From Balanoglossus misakiensis (taxonomy: Eukaryota > Animalia > Hemichordata), in assembly GCA_040954595.2 (NCBI GenBank), contig CM082586.2, forward strand, positions 9,021,337-9,085,336: a DNA stretch of 64,000 bases, given 5' to 3'. The translations under genes and the position numbers were made by a program. The notes beneath the pieces were generated by a model, which was not told where the DNA came from, ran no database searches, and saw only the letters and a program-made list of their open reading frames with translations. Every line of letters starts with the position of its first letter. Within the stretch, counting starts at the first letter, position 1. Below, piece by piece: positions 62,400 to 64,000 of this stretch.

Positions 62400-63365
62400 A
62401 TTTTAGTCCTTCGGAACAGCGGTCCAATTGACTAATGTGATCACTCTGTGTGCGGCATATGGCATATTAAGCATTTAGTATTTTTCAATCAGAAGCCATT
62501 AATCCTGTGATTAATTCTGTTTCTTGCAACACTGATTTTAAATCACCACACATGAATATTTTTATCCAAAGGACTGTGGTGCCCAAGTTTTTATGATAAG
62601 ATAAACAAACAGTGAAATTCACTGAAGAAGTGAGTGAGCACTTGCCCATTCATTGTTCAATGAAATGTGACCACCAATTCATTGACGCCTTGAGCATAGC
62701 AACAACAACCTGTGTATTGACGATACTGCCTGTAGCCTTTCAGTTGATGTTGCTTGATGTACATATATGACTGGAGTCGATCATTTGTGTTTTTTGTTGC
62801 ATTGTTATTTTTAACAGCGTATTAAGCAATTTTTTGTTTGAGTTCTTCATTCAGTGATGGTAGCTGACTAAAATCAGTGATGGTCGTCAGGTTGTGTATT
62901 TCAATTTTCAGGATGACTGCTTTTGTAATAAATTCACAAGTTCTGTGACCGTCACAATAGTGTTCTGAATTATTGGTTTGTTTTCCTGTAGTGTGCATTT
63001 ACATGTTCCCAGATAGGAAGTTTTAATGGGTATTAGTGTCAACATCCACAAGTGACTTGAGGCCAGTGAACTTGCAGTTGTGTGTAGTTTGGATATTAGC
63101 TTGTGGTGATATTAACATGGCGAATATCAAAATAGTACAAACAAATGTTTAAAACAGGACATATCCATAGCTTTCCCTTTCATAATTGGACTGTATTGTT
63201 ATTGAAGTACAAAGACTTTCCAGCAACATGACATGGCTGGATTTTTTTGTAGGAAACAAGTCCGGCTGCTATTTGCTGTCTTTGTATTACACTACTAGTA
63301 ACATCTCCATTTCTAGCTTTGCACCTCACATTCAATGAATAGACCTGTAGATGTTTTGACACTTC
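62400..63365 (-). mobile_element. highly decayed LINE AP-endonuclease region (CR1-like)
   Basis: LQVYSLNVR motif I and IFMCGDL motif on the - strand; many stops. Confidence 0.4.
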
Positions 63366-64000
63366 TCGTCAATGAATGTGTATGGCTGCAGTTTATCAAA
63401 TGATACACAAATCAAAGGAACAAACAGTGACTTTTATTTCTTTTGAGAACCTTGCATTCTTATATTTAAATGCTCACTCACTGGCCCCAATTGCAAAATA
63501 GCAACATTTAATACATGCGATATTCAATGCGTTTACAGTATTCAAAAATGTTTGAAATTGAATATTGTGCCAAAGAGTGGTGTTGTCAGTCCAAATATCA
63601 AAGCATTGAATGATTGTTCACAGTTTCCTGTATGGTTTGGCCCACCTCTTGTGAAAAGATGACTTGTGATATAGTGTTGTACATTGAAAAGAAATATATA
63701 TACATGTATTTTAAATAATTCATATTTTCAATCTAGAAGTAGGAGCTGCTTCCTCAAGATATAATTGACTGTCAGAATGAAAGGCAAGCAATTCACACAA
63801 GTTAACTCCAACACAACAACTCTTCAATTAAATAATTGACATCAGATAACCACAAAGGCATTATTCAAATAAATTGTATAAATGCAGTTACAAGATTTGA
63901 TGTCTGAAATTTACTGATAGGTGTAGATTTTGTCAGCATTTCCCTTCCTGGGTTTCTTTGCGATGAGTTGTTTTGCGTAGTAGAATGGAACAGTGCCCGG

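Overview
AT-rich eukaryotic DNA, most likely from an invertebrate animal (spliceosomal GT-AG introns, microsatellites, MITEs). It is a dense cluster of nested transposons laid over fragments of host genes. From left to right: (1) a decayed intron-containing Kolobok-like transposase gene (6391-11154, -) with a complete Sola element (7222-10127, TSD AAAT) in one intron; (2) a decayed transposase with RAG1/Transib/Chapaev-like motifs (14033-24743, -), one exon of which is split by a very young intact Ty3/gypsy element (16177-20863, 144-bp LTRs, TSD ATTAT); (3) a complete 8.3-kb IS3EU-type DNA transposon (28045-36317, TSD TAAAAC) with an integrase-like transposase and a convergent, uninterrupted SAM...HECT E3 ubiquitin ligase gene, plus a diverged antisense copy of the transposase core inside the transposase's own intron; (4) pseudogenised MED25 and EGF exons on +; (5) an 11-kb CACTA/EnSpm element (44610-55766) with a divergent BEN-domain gene; (6) nested TTAA elements and LINE remnants. 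All family assignments come from motifs recognised by eye; no database searches were run.
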